From: Gemmatimonadota bacterium
Lineage (GTDB): Bacteria; Gemmatimonadota; Gemmatimonadetes; Palauibacterales; Palauibacteraceae
Direction: 5' to 3'
Assembly (NCBI GenBank): GCA_965116475.1
Contig: OZ220691.1
Coordinates: 2,432,001 to 2,496,000, forward strand
Length of the DNA: 64,000 nucleotides
In this document: in pieces, positions 1 through 8,879 of the stretch
How the letters are laid out: each line of letters begins with the position of its first letter
How positions within the stretch are numbered: the stretch's first letter is position 1
Notes under the pieces: model-generated
The model's input: the letters and a program-made list of their open reading frames with translations, nothing else
Told to the model about the DNA's origin: nothing
The model's database searches: none
Made by a program: the position numbers and the translations under genes

Positions 1-421
1 GCTTGACGAGATTGGAGTTCTGGTTCAGCGGGATGCGCACGGAGCGGGTCTGCTCGGCCAGCGCCTGCAGCACCGTCTGCCGGATCCACCACACCGCGTA
101 GGAGATGAACTTCACGCCCTTGTCGGGATCGAACTTCTTGACGGCCTTGAGCAGGCCCTCGTTCCCGATGCAGACGAGTTCGGCCAGGTTGAGCCCCCGG
201 CCCTGGTACTTCTTCACATACGAGATCACGAAGCGCAGGTTCGCCGTGACGAGGCGCTCCGCCGCGTGGCGGTCGCCGGCACGCGCCTTCCGCGCGATCT
301 CCCGCTCGATCTGCGGGTTCTCGATGAGCGGATAGCGCTCGACGTCCTGCAGATACTGGTCGAAGGAGTCCAGCGCGTGCGTGTCGAAGAACATGCGTCG
401 GCCTGTAGCCGTCTTCGCCAT
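1..421 (-). CDS. RNA polymerase sigma70-family factor (short RpoD/SigA-like), truncated by the window edge
   Basis: Manual translation from ATG 421: MAKTATGRRMFFDTHALDSFDQYLQDVERYPL...ERLVTANLRFVISYVKKYQGRGLNLAELVCIGNEGLLKAVKKFDPDKGVKFISYAVWWIRQ, i.e. regions 1.2 and 2. Not in the ORF track. Confidence 0.92.
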   Translation of the reverse strand, partial: MAKTATGRRMFFDTHALDSFDQYLQDVERYPLIENPQIEREIARKARAGDRHAAERLVTANLRFVISYVKKYQGRGLNLAELVCIGNEGLLKAVKKFDPDKGVKFISYAVWWIRQTVLQALAEQTRSVRIPLNQNSNLVK

Positions 422-580
422 ATGAAATCCGAATCCTGACCCGGGTCGGTTGTTGAAAACCATCGCCGCGGGGTGGGCCAACCGGAACTCCGCCCCGCCA
501 CGGTTCGATCCGATCGCTTTTGATACAAACTTGAGATAATAGAGAAAATCGGAGTGAACCGCACGTTTTCCCGACTGCTT

Positions 581-727
581 CTACCGCGGACCCCCCGCTC
601 CGGCTCCCTCGCCGCCCCGGCCCGAAGCCGCGGCGCGTTCCCGGCGTCGCAGGCGGAGGAGATACCAGCCCAGCGCGACCCAGGTGATGCCGTACCCGGC
701 GCCGATAAACAGCCAGTGATCGTTCAT
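581..727 (-). CDS. ccmD: Heme exporter protein D-like small membrane protein
   Basis: 48 aa, MNDHWLFIGAGYGITWVALGWYLLRLRRR: one TM helix plus basic tail, directly downstream of ccmC. Confidence 0.7.
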   Translation of the reverse strand: MNDHWLFIGAGYGITWVALGWYLLRLRRRERAAASGRGGEGAGAGGPR

Positions 728-734
728 ACCCGGT

Positions 735-1394
735 TCACCCTTCCTCCGGTCCCGACAGTTCGAGTTCGAGTTCCGTTGCGGCCAGCCGGTAGCGCCGCAG
801 CCACAGGTACGCGAACGCGAGCGCATAGGCGACGAATCCGAGCAGCATCACGAGCCCGTACGCGCTCCACATCGACTGCGGCGACGACGGGGGCTGGTGC
901 AGGCTCCGCCACCAGAACACCGACAGGTACACGATCGGGACCTGGACGAACGCGATGAGGCCGATCACGGCCGCCCAGCGCGCCCGCCGGTCCGGATCCT
1001 CCGCCATCGACCGCACGACGAGGTATCCCGTGTAGATCGGTACGAGGAGCGCCGTGGTCGTGATTCGCGGGTCCCACGCCCACCAGATGCCCCACGTGGG
1101 CCGGCCCCACAGCGTGCCGAGGATGAGGGTGAGGACGGCGGCAAGCACCCCGAGTTCCGCCGCGGAGACCGCGAGCAGATCCCATTTCAGCCGGCGCTGC
1201 ACGAGGTAGAGGATGCTCATGAGGAAGACGACGAAGAAGGCGAGCATCATCACCCACGCGACCGGCACGTGGACGTAGAGGAGGCGCTGGACCTCGCCCT
1301 GCAGCGCGTCGGCGGGCAACACGGCGAGTCCGAGCACGCTGCCCACGGCGATGAGGGCGATCGCGAGCCACCCGAGCATGGTCAGTCTGTTCAT
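735..1394 (-). CDS. ccmC: Cytochrome c biogenesis heme exporter CcmC
   Basis: WWD motif WGRPTWGIWWAWDPR, YVHVP and SLHQP histidines. Confidence 0.93.
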   Translation of the reverse strand: MNRLTMLGWLAIALIAVGSVLGLAVLPADALQGEVQRLLYVHVPVAWVMMLAFFVVFLMSILYLVQRRLKWDLLAVSAAELGVLAAVLTLILGTLWGRPTWGIWWAWDPRITTTALLVPIYTGYLVVRSMAEDPDRRARWAAVIGLIAFVQVPIVYLSVFWWRSLHQPPSSPQSMWSAYGLVMLLGFVAYALAFAYLWLRRYRLAATELELELSGPEEG

Positions 1395-1404
1395 GAGACC
1401 CGCA

Positions 1405-2085
1405 TCACTCCTCGAGGACGACGGGGAAGATCCAGAGGCAGACCACGAACAATATCACGTCGTAGGACGCCAGTAACCTCAGCCACCCTGACGCCCGTCC
1501 GAGCGGGTCGCCGGCCAGGAACGCCTCGGTCGCGCCCACGCTCCCGAGGACGACGGGGACGAGGGCGGGGAAGAGGAGGAGCGGCAGCAGGAGTTCGCGC
1601 GCCCGGAGGTGGACGGTGAGGGCGGAGAAGAAGGTCCCGATGACGGAGAAGCCGAAGGTGCCGAGGGCGGCCACGAGGAGGAGCGGGCCGGCCTGCGCGG
1701 TGAAGTCGACTTGGTAGAGGATCGCGGCGGCGGGGAAGAGGACGACCTCGAGCGCGGCGAGCACCACGAGGTTGCCGGCCAGCTTGCCCAGGTAGATCGC
1801 GCGCACGTCGCCGGGATAGAGCCGCAGCAGGTGGGTCCCGCCCGCAAGCTCCTCGTTCTGGAACGTCCGGCCCAGGGAGAGGGTGCCGGTGAAGACGATC
1901 GCCACCCAGAGGAGGCCGCCGGCCAGCCGTCCGAGCAGGTCGTTGTCCACGCCGATGGCGAAGCTGAACATGAAGAGGACGAGGGCGGCGAAAGAGAGCA
2001 TCGCCGTGAACCCCTGCCGCGTGCGGGTCTCCGAAAGGATGTCCTTCCACAGGATGGCGGCGGCGCGCCGCGCGAGCGCGCTCAT
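1405..2085 (-). CDS. ccmB: Heme exporter permease CcmB
   Basis: ILWKDILSETR, YLGKL, RELLLPLLLFP motifs; ATG overlaps the ccmA stop. Confidence 0.92.
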   Translation of the reverse strand: MSALARRAAAILWKDILSETRTRQGFTAMLSFAALVLFMFSFAIGVDNDLLGRLAGGLLWVAIVFTGTLSLGRTFQNEELAGGTHLLRLYPGDVRAIYLGKLAGNLVVLAALEVVLFPAAAILYQVDFTAQAGPLLLVAALGTFGFSVIGTFFSALTVHLRARELLLPLLLFPALVPVVLGSVGATEAFLAGDPLGRASGWLRLLASYDVILFVVCLWIFPVVLEE

Positions 2086-2732
2086 GCGGTTCCCGCGGCC
2101 ACCCGGCCGCCCACCAGCCGCACGACCTCGTCGGCGTGTCGGGTCGCGTCCTCGACCCGGTGCGAGGCGATGACCACGGCGGCGCCGGCCTCGCGCCACC
2201 CGCGGACCGCCTCGTGCACGAGGCCCACGCCGTCCTCGTCCAGGCTCACGAAGGGCTCGTCGAGCAGCACCAGTTCCAGGGGGCGGAGCCGGAGCCGCGC
2301 CAGCTCGAGGCGCTGGCGCATCCCGGTCGACCACGCGCGCACCGGGACGTCCGCCGCCGCGCCGAGATCGACCGCGGCCAGTGCGCCCCGCAGGTCGTCG
2401 TCCGCGGCCGCCGTCCCGGACATGCGGGCCGCGAAGCGCAGGTTCTCGACCCCGGTCAACTCCTCGTAGGCGTGCCCGCCGGCCGTCATGAACGCGGCGC
2501 CCGTGCGGATCTCGTCCCCGCCGGCGGGAAGCGTGTGACCCAAGACCTGCAGCCGGCCCGCCGTCGGCCTGAGCAGCGTCGAGATGAGGCGGAGCAGCGT
2601 CGTCTTGCCCGTCCCGTTGGCGCCGAGCAGGGCGACGACCGCCCCGCGCGGCACGGCGAAGTCGACCCCCCGCAGCGCCCAGCGCCGTCCGAAGCGCCGG
2701 GTGACGCCCTCCGCGGCGACCGCGAGACTCAC
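2082..2732 (-). CDS. ccmA: Heme exporter ATP-binding protein CcmA
   Basis: Walker A GANGTGKT, signature WSTGMRQR, LLDEP; position in ccm operon. Confidence 0.9.
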   Translation of the reverse strand: MSLAVAAEGVTRRFGRRWALRGVDFAVPRGAVVALLGANGTGKTTLLRLISTLLRPTAGRLQVLGHTLPAGGDEIRTGAAFMTAGGHAYEELTGVENLRFAARMSGTAAADDDLRGALAAVDLGAAADVPVRAWSTGMRQRLELARLRLRPLELVLLDEPFVSLDEDGVGLVHEAVRGWREAGAAVVIASHRVEDATRHADEVVRLVGGRVAAGTA

Positions 2733-2785
2733 CGGCGCGCCCGCGCGATTGGCCAGCCGCCGAGGGCGCTCATACGTTCCGCCGC

Positions 2786-3991
2786 ATGGAACTCGACCGG
2801 ATCGCCCGTCTCGCCGGAGGCGGCGGGGGCAAGGTGCTGCTCTACGTGCTCGACGGGCTGGGCGGGCTGCCCCGCGAGCCCGGGGGGCCGACAGAACTCG
2901 AGGCCGCCCGCACCCCGCACCTCGACGAACTCGCCCGCGCCGGGACGTGCGGTCTCCACGACCCCGTTGCCCCGGGCATCACCCCGGGCAGCGGCCCCGG
3001 CCACCTGGCCCTGTTCGGCTACGACCCCCTCGTGTACGAGACCGGCCGCGGCGTGCTCGAAGCCCTCGGCATCGACTTCCCCCTCCGACCGGGCGACATC
3101 GCCGTGCGGGCCAACTTCTGCACCCTCGACGCCCACGGCCGGGTGGCCGACCGCCGCGCGGGCCGCATCCCGTGCGAGGAAGCCGCCCCCCTGGCCGCCC
3201 GGCTCAACGGCATCGAACTCGACGGCGCCCGCTGCACCGTGCGCCACGTGAAGGAACACCGCTTCGTCCTCGTCCTGCACCCCGACGCCCCCGCGGGCGA
3301 CGCCGTGAACGACACCGACCCCGGCCGGCCCGGCCTGCCGACCAGGGCCCCGGTGGCGCGGAACGCGGCAGCCGAGCCGACCGCGCGGCTCCTCGCGGCG
3401 TGGCTCGAAGCCGCCGCCGAACGGCTCGCCGACCGGACCCAGGCGAACATGGCGCTCCTGCGCGGCGTCTCCAGCCAGCCCGACTGGCCCCGCTTCGGCG
3501 ATGTATTCGGCATGCGGGCCACGGCGGCGGCCGCCTACCCCATGTACCGGGGCGTCGCGCGCCTCGTCGGCATGGACGCGCGCACGGTGCCCGCGGGCGC
3601 CCCCCCGCTCGTCGACGCCCTGAAGGCCCGGTTCGCCGAGCACGATTTCTTCTTCCTCCACTTCAAGCCTCCCGACAAGGCCGGAGAAGACGGCGACTTC
3701 GACCGCAAGGTAGCCGCCATCGAGGAAGCGGACGTCATCGTCCCGGATCTCGTCGATGCGGGCCCCGACGTCATCCTCGTGACCGGCGACCACTCGACCC
3801 CCTCCGTCATGAGCAGCCACAGCTGGCACCCCGTGCCCTTCCTCCTCCACGGCCCCCCGGCCCGCAACGACGCCGCCACCACGTTCGGCGAGACCGCCTG
3901 CCGCGCCGGCGCCCACGGCCGCGTTCGAGGCTGCGACCTCATGCGCCTCGCCACGGCCAGCGCCGGTCGCCTCACGAAGTTCGGAGCCTAG
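2786..3991 (+). CDS. apgM: 2,3-bisphosphoglycerate-independent phosphoglycerate mutase, ApgM type
   Basis: VLDGLGG, TPGSGPGHLALFGYDP, DRRAGRI, DKAGEDGD, TGDHSTP, HSWHPVP. Confidence 0.88.
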   Translation: MELDRIARLAGGGGGKVLLYVLDGLGGLPREPGGPTELEAARTPHLDELARAGTCGLHDPVAPGITPGSGPGHLALFGYDPLVYETGRGVLEALGIDFPLRPGDIAVRANFCTLDAHGRVADRRAGRIPCEEAAPLAARLNGIELDGARCTVRHVKEHRFVLVLHPDAPAGDAVNDTDPGRPGLPTRAPVARNAAAEPTARLLAAWLEAAAERLADRTQANMALLRGVSSQPDWPRFGDVFGMRATAAAAYPMYRGVARLVGMDARTVPAGAPPLVDALKARFAEHDFFFLHFKPPDKAGEDGDFDRKVAAIEEADVIVPDLVDAGPDVILVTGDHSTPSVMSSHSWHPVPFLLHGPPARNDAATTFGETACRAGAHGRVRGCDLMRLATASAGRLTKFGA

Positions 3992-4146
3992 CCGCCGCGC
4001 CCGAATCCGTACAGCCCACGCGGGTTTTCGGCGATTCCCACGCCCCCATCCGGCCCCACCGCCCATCGAGCCCGATGCAAGTTTGATGCTCGGGCGGGCA
4101 ATTAAGAGTAGGGGGGTGCATCGGAAACGCTCGGAGGGAGTACCGG

Positions 4147-5357
4147 ATGATCAACGTTCTTGCGGGCTCGGAAAACGACGCCGCGCTCATCGCGCAAGCC
4201 GTCGGCAACGCCGCACAGGTCGTGGCGGATGCGGCTCAGTTCACGAACGGCGATGGCCCCGTGGAGTGCCTGATTCTCGGTTGCCGCCATCCCATCCCGG
4301 CGGAGACGATCGAACTCCTGCGGGACATCGAACGGAAGAGGCTGTGGATGCCCCTCATCCTCGTCACGGATCGCGTGCCCGAGGCCGCGCGCCGGCTGAG
4401 CGACGATAAAGCGCCCCTTGCGCTTCAGTTCGGTTCGATTGCCGGAGCCGCAAGGGGCCCGTCGGGGACCGTCTTCGTGCTTGATGCCCAAGCGTCGGAA
4501 CTTCGGGCGTTCACGAGCGGGACGGGCGTGGCAAGTTTCGCGGTCGACACCTTCCAGGTGCTGGGTGGAGCGGGCCTGGGGCCTGGCGAATTCCAGTCGC
4601 CGAGGGCGTTGGCGCTCGGTGCGAACGGTACCGTGGCCGTGTTCGAGTCCATGGGCAGTGTGCACCAGTTCACGAACCGGGCAGGCGTGCTCGAGCACGA
4701 TGGCACCATTCAGCTCCGGATCGATGTCGACGATGCGTGTATTCTGGGTTCGGAACTCGTCGTCGCCGGCAGGGACCTCCAGCGGCCCGGGTCGATACAC
4801 GTATTCACCCTGGAGGGAGAGTGGCTGCGGTCTTTCGGCCACTTCTACGATACGGACAATCACCGCGTGTCGGCCGTGCTCCACCGTTCCAAGGTGGCTT
4901 GCCTGGAAGCATCGCGGCAGATTGTCGTGGCGCCGTGTTTCTGCCGGAACTCAGGAAGTACGATGCACACGGCCGATTGCTCTGGTGGTCCGCCTTGGAC
5001 GGCCTGTCGCCGGTGTACCTGGAGGAGATGCCCAATGGGGCCATTGCGACCGGCACGCCGGAGGACGGATACCACGGGACGGTGGCGGTGCAGGCCGACG
5101 AGAACCTCAACGCGGTGATACTCCAGGTGGCTTTCGTAACGCGGGAACGCCGGCGGAAGGGTGAGGCTCCCGATATTTTGACCTATGTGTTCAAACTGGA
5201 CGAGGGTCACGGTACGCTATTCGAGGGCGATGTCGATACCGTCCGGGATTTGTTTCCCGACGGTGCTCTGTTGTCGGCCCGACTTCCGTTCCCGACCCTG
5301 CGGATGGTTTCGTGGGCCGAGGGCGTGAGTCGGAGAGTCGCCGGGGGTGCGCCGTGA
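4147..5357 (+). pseudogene. Frameshifted chimeric gene: receiver-like N-terminus joined to an NHL/6-bladed beta-propeller
   Basis: ORF 4147-5118 reads as propeller (FVLDAQ, GAGLGPGEFQSP) until IVVAP; plausible protein continues in the frame of ORF 4737-5357 (FLPELRKYDAHGRLLW); frame switch near 4933-4940. Confidence 0.6.
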
Positions 5358-6817
5358 CGCCTGCTGCCTTCATGTCAACGAACCTTATGCGCTCGCGCGC
5401 TCACGGGGTAACGTGGCGCAGGATGTTCATTGCGTTCGCGCTGAGCGTCGCGTGGCCGTCGGGGGCGGCGGGTCAAGAACCGGGACGGGTGATGGGCGTG
5501 GTCCGCGCCGAGGACACCGGCGCGCCCGTGGAGGGGGCTGCGGTACGGCTGGCGGGAGCCGACGTCGTGGTGGCGGAAACCGTCACGGGCTTGGGCGGCG
5601 CCTTTGCCTTCGACGGGATCGCGCCGGGCGAGTATGTGCTCGGCGTGCGGCGCATCGGGTTCGCCGCGTACAGCGTGCCACTGGAGGTGGGGCCTGACGG
5701 GACGGCCCCGCTAGATGTGCGGCTGTCGCTGGACCCGGTTGAGATGGCGCCGCTGGAGGTGGACGTCGAGGGCCGACCGCTCCGCCTGGTCGAGACCGGT
5801 TTCTACGACCGGCTGGAGGAGGGCTGGGGCACGTACTTCGAGCCGGAGTGGATCAGGACCCGAAGCGTGGGAGTCGCACGACTGGCGCACTTCGTGTCGA
5901 ACCTGCAGATGCGGGCCCCCCTGTCCCGGTGTCCCACGGTGCAGGTCTGGTACGACCGGAGACTCATCGGGACAGTCGCTGGCTGGGGAACCAGCCAGCC
6001 GGCGTCGATCAATCCCGGCGGGACGCACCGGTCCGCCGGGGAGTCGCCCGCGCAACTGCTGGACGAACTGTCCGTGACGGATCTGGGCGCCGCTGAACTG
6101 TACCCGACTTCGTCTCCCATCCCGCTCTTTGCGCTCAACACTCACACGGTTCGCTGCGGGGCCATCATCCTGTGGTCCGACTGGATGGCGCAGATAGGGG
6201 GAGAGGTTCCGCAGATCGAAGTGAAGCTCTGCGAGCCGACTGGCGGTTCCGGCGCAGTGACGCTGGACGGGACCATCGAAGACCGGCTCACCGAGGTGCG
6301 GCTGCCGGCGGCCCGCATCCGGGCGTCGTTCGCGCCGGAGGGCGAGGTTGATCCGCCCGAACTCCGCGAGATCGAGGTGCGGTCCGACTCGACCGGCCGC
6401 TTCCGGCTCTGCGACCTCCCGTCGGGAACCGACGTCACGCTCGCGCCCTCGTACGGTCCCCATCCGGGCGAGGTCGCTGTGCTCCGTGCCGAATCCGGTG
6501 AAGCGGCCCGTCTGGTCGTCCCCGTCACGATGCCGGGATCGGTTGCCGGACGGGTCGTGAACGGGAACACGGGGCGGGGGTTCCCGGCCGTCCCCGTCAT
6601 GCTGGTCGGCACAGATGTGCGGGCCGTGACCGATGGTGCAGGCCGCTTCACGATGGAGGACCTGCCCCCGGGCTCGTACCAGGTGCGGGCCGACTGCGGG
6701 GGCTTCGAGTCGCCAACGCCGCGGGTTGCCGTCTCGGAGGCAGGACAGGCCCGGGTCCTCCTCGTCCTCGAGCCCGAAGACCGCTCCGGCCGCGATCTAC
6801 GCCGCTGCGACAACTGA
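5354..6817 (+). CDS. Secreted protein with carboxypeptidase-regulatory-like domains and a central TonB-plug-like domain, paralog A
   Basis: Signal peptide; GVVRAEDTGAPVEGAAV, VRSDSTGRFRLC, AVTDGAGRFTMEDLPPGSY repeats; C...AELYP...CGAIILW central domain; start uncertain (5354 or 5372). Confidence 0.75.
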   Translation: MTPAAFMSTNLMRSRAHGVTWRRMFIAFALSVAWPSGAAGQEPGRVMGVVRAEDTGAPVEGAAVRLAGADVVVAETVTGLGGAFAFDGIAPGEYVLGVRRIGFAAYSVPLEVGPDGTAPLDVRLSLDPVEMAPLEVDVEGRPLRLVETGFYDRLEEGWGTYFEPEWIRTRSVGVARLAHFVSNLQMRAPLSRCPTVQVWYDRRLIGTVAGWGTSQPASINPGGTHRSAGESPAQLLDELSVTDLGAAELYPTSSPIPLFALNTHTVRCGAIILWSDWMAQIGGEVPQIEVKLCEPTGGSGAVTLDGTIEDRLTEVRLPAARIRASFAPEGEVDPPELREIEVRSDSTGRFRLCDLPSGTDVTLAPSYGPHPGEVAVLRAESGEAARLVVPVTMPGSVAGRVVNGNTGRGFPAVPVMLVGTDVRAVTDGAGRFTMEDLPPGSYQVRADCGGFESPTPRVAVSEAGQARVLLVLEPEDRSGRDLRRCDN

Positions 6818-6823
6818 CACGCC

Positions 6824-6858
6824 GGTCGGGTGGTGCTGAGCGCCTCATCGGAGTGTTC
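6824..6858. repeat. Diverged copy of the SPW gene 3' end (10057-10091)
   Basis: ggtcgggtggtgctgagcgcctcatcggagtgttc vs ggtcaggcggtgctgggggcctcgtcggagtgttc, 30/35 identical by hand. Confidence 0.85.
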
Positions 6859-6904
6859 ACAGTTCAGAGCTTGAAGACTCTCCAGATGCCGTTACAGCCC
6901 GAGA

Positions 6905-7176
6905 GTGACCCTGACCTGCGGCGCGTTGCTGCTCCTGGCGGGCCTCCTCGCTCGTGGGGTGAGGGTGACCGCCCGGATTTGGGAGTTGCGGACGACCGGG
7001 AGGTGGTTGACGTCTCCGCGTCTCTGGAGGCGCTCATCGGGCCCAGCTTGCGAATCGGGAACGGAGTCCGGAACCCACTTCATTCCGGCTCGCGGCGGAT
7101 CTCCCGCCTTCTACACGAGCAGCGAGGTGTGGACTATGACGCCTTCGTACGGGCGCTCGGCGTGGAGCCACGGTAG
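6905..7176 (+). pseudogene. Remnant of a probable lipoprotein/propeller gene
   Basis: Hydrophobic signal-like LTCGALLLLAGLLA in one frame, then GEGDRPDLGVADDREVV...PSLRIG...VRALGVEPR* in another; too short for an intact gene. Confidence 0.35.
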
Positions 7177-7179
7177 GAG

Positions 7180-7213
7180 ACGTTCCCGCGGGAACGTGCG
7201 GGGTCAGGCGGTG
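7180..7213. repeat. Copy of the SPW gene stop and downstream region (10033-10068) with a perfect 18-bp palindrome
   Basis: acgttcccgcgggaacgt matches 10033-10050 at 17/18; ggggtcaggcggtg matches 10055-10068 at 14/14. Confidence 0.85.
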
Positions 7214-7317
7214 GTACTCGCACCGCCCGCCCGCAGGCGTCAGATTTCGATCTGGAACAGGAGAGGAAAGGGAAGTTCCGGGCTACCCGAGAGGGAGGTT
7301 GGACGATCGGAGTTCCG

Positions 7318-8811
7318 GTGGATTCGTCACGCGAGGCCGTCCTGATCGAGCGGACGGTCGGTGCCGTGGCGACGAGTCTCGCAAGGTCGTGCGCTCGCGG
7401 CGTGACGCGGCGCCTGGTGCTCGTGGCGCTCGCGCTGGGCGTCGCGTGGCCGATGGTGGCGGCGGGGCAGGAGCCGGGACGGGTGATGGGCGTGGTCCGC
7501 GCCGAGGACACCGGCGCGCCCGTCGAGGGGGCTGCGGTACGGCTGGCCGGAGGGGACGTCGTGGTGGCGGAAACCGTCACGGGCCTGAGCGGCGCCTTCT
7601 CCTTCGACGGAATCGCGCCGGGCGAGTATGTGCTCGGCGTGCGGCGCATCGGGTTCGCCGCCTACAGCGTGCCGCTGGAGGTGGGGCCCGACCGGCCGGG
7701 CCCGCTCGATGTGCGGCTGTTGCTGGACCCGGTCGAAGTGGCGCCGCTGGAGGTGGACGTCGAGGGTCGGCCGCTCCGCCTCGTCGAGACAGGCTTCTAC
7801 GACCGGCTGGAGGAAGGCTGGGGCACGTACTTCGAGCCCGAGTGGGTCCGAACCCGAAGCGTCGGCTTCACCCGGTTGTCGCACTTCGTGTCGAGCCTGC
7901 AGATGCGGGCCCCCCAGTCCCGCTGTCCCTCTGTACCGGTCTACTACGACCGGGAACTCATCGGCGAAGCCGATGGCTGGGGAACCAGTCGGCCGCGGTC
8001 GCTCAATCCGGCCGGCACGCAACGATCCGCCGTGGAGCCGCCCGCGCAATTCATGGACGAACTGTCCGTGGCGGATCTGGGTGCCGCCGAGGTCTATCCG
8101 ACTTCGTCTCCCATCCCGCTCTTCGCATTCAACGATACCACGATCAGCTGCGGGGCCATCATTCTGTGGTCCGACTGGATGGCGCAGATAGGGGGAGAGG
8201 TTCCGCAGATCGACGTGAAGCTCTGCGAGCCGACTGGCGGTTCCGGCGCAGTGACGCTGGACGGGACGGTCGAAGACCGGCTCACGGAGGTGCGGCTGCC
8301 GGCGGCCCGCATCCGGGCGTCGTTCGCGCCGGCCGACCAGGAGGGGCCGCGCGAACTCCCCGAGATCGAAGTGCGGTCCGACTCGACGGGCCGCTTCCGG
8401 CTCTGCGACCTTCCGTCGGGAACTGGCGTCACACTGGCGCCCTCCTACGGCCCCCATCCGGGCGAGGTCGCCACGCTCCGCGCCGAACCCGGCGCCGCGG
8501 CGCGTCTGATCGTCCCCGTCACCATGCCGGGCTCGGTCGTCGGGCGGGTCGTCAACGGGAACACGGGGCGGGGGTTCCCGGTCGTACCGATCGTTCTGAT
8601 CGGCACTGATGTCCGGGCCGTGACCGATGGTGCCGGCCGCTTCACGATGGAGGATCTGCCCCCGGGCTCGTACCAGGTGCGGGCCGACTGCGGGGGCTTC
8701 GAGTCGCCAACGCCGCGGGTCGTCGTCTCGGAGGCAGGGCAGGCCCGCGTCCTCCTCGTCCTCGAGCCCGAAGACCGCTCCGGCCGCGACCTGCGCCGCT
8801 GCGACAACTGA
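7318..8811 (+). CDS. Secreted carboxypeptidase-regulatory-like/plug-like protein, paralog B
   Basis: Collinear with 5354-6817, with long identical stretches and an identical C-terminus ...GRDLRRCDN. Confidence 0.75.
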   Translation: MDSSREAVLIERTVGAVATSLARSCARGVTRRLVLVALALGVAWPMVAAGQEPGRVMGVVRAEDTGAPVEGAAVRLAGGDVVVAETVTGLSGAFSFDGIAPGEYVLGVRRIGFAAYSVPLEVGPDRPGPLDVRLLLDPVEVAPLEVDVEGRPLRLVETGFYDRLEEGWGTYFEPEWVRTRSVGFTRLSHFVSSLQMRAPQSRCPSVPVYYDRELIGEADGWGTSRPRSLNPAGTQRSAVEPPAQFMDELSVADLGAAEVYPTSSPIPLFAFNDTTISCGAIILWSDWMAQIGGEVPQIDVKLCEPTGGSGAVTLDGTVEDRLTEVRLPAARIRASFAPADQEGPRELPEIEVRSDSTGRFRLCDLPSGTGVTLAPSYGPHPGEVATLRAEPGAAARLIVPVTMPGSVVGRVVNGNTGRGFPVVPIVLIGTDVRAVTDGAGRFTMEDLPPGSYQVRADCGGFESPTPRVVVSEAGQARVLLVLEPEDRSGRDLRRCDN

Positions 8812-8813
8812 CC

Positions 8814-8879
8814 CTCCGCCCATCCCGGTGCCCGTACCCACGGTGGTGACGCCGAAGACGAGGTCGTTGAACAGGGCCT
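8814..8879. repeat. Diverged copy of SPW coding sequence (10100-10165)
   Basis: 57/66 identical and ungapped; minus strand reads ALFNDLVFGVTTVGTGTGMGG vs AFFNDLMFGVITVGTGAAMGG. Confidence 0.9.

Noticed and set aside
4030..4080. Fourth SPW remnant at the island's left edge (cgattcc, ccgcccatcg)
   Set aside because: Only 7-10 bp matches in GC-rich DNA; indistinguishable from chance by eye.
5354..8811. Diversity-generating retroelement template/variable repeat pair
   Set aside because: No reverse transcriptase; both copies are full genes and differences are not limited to adenines.
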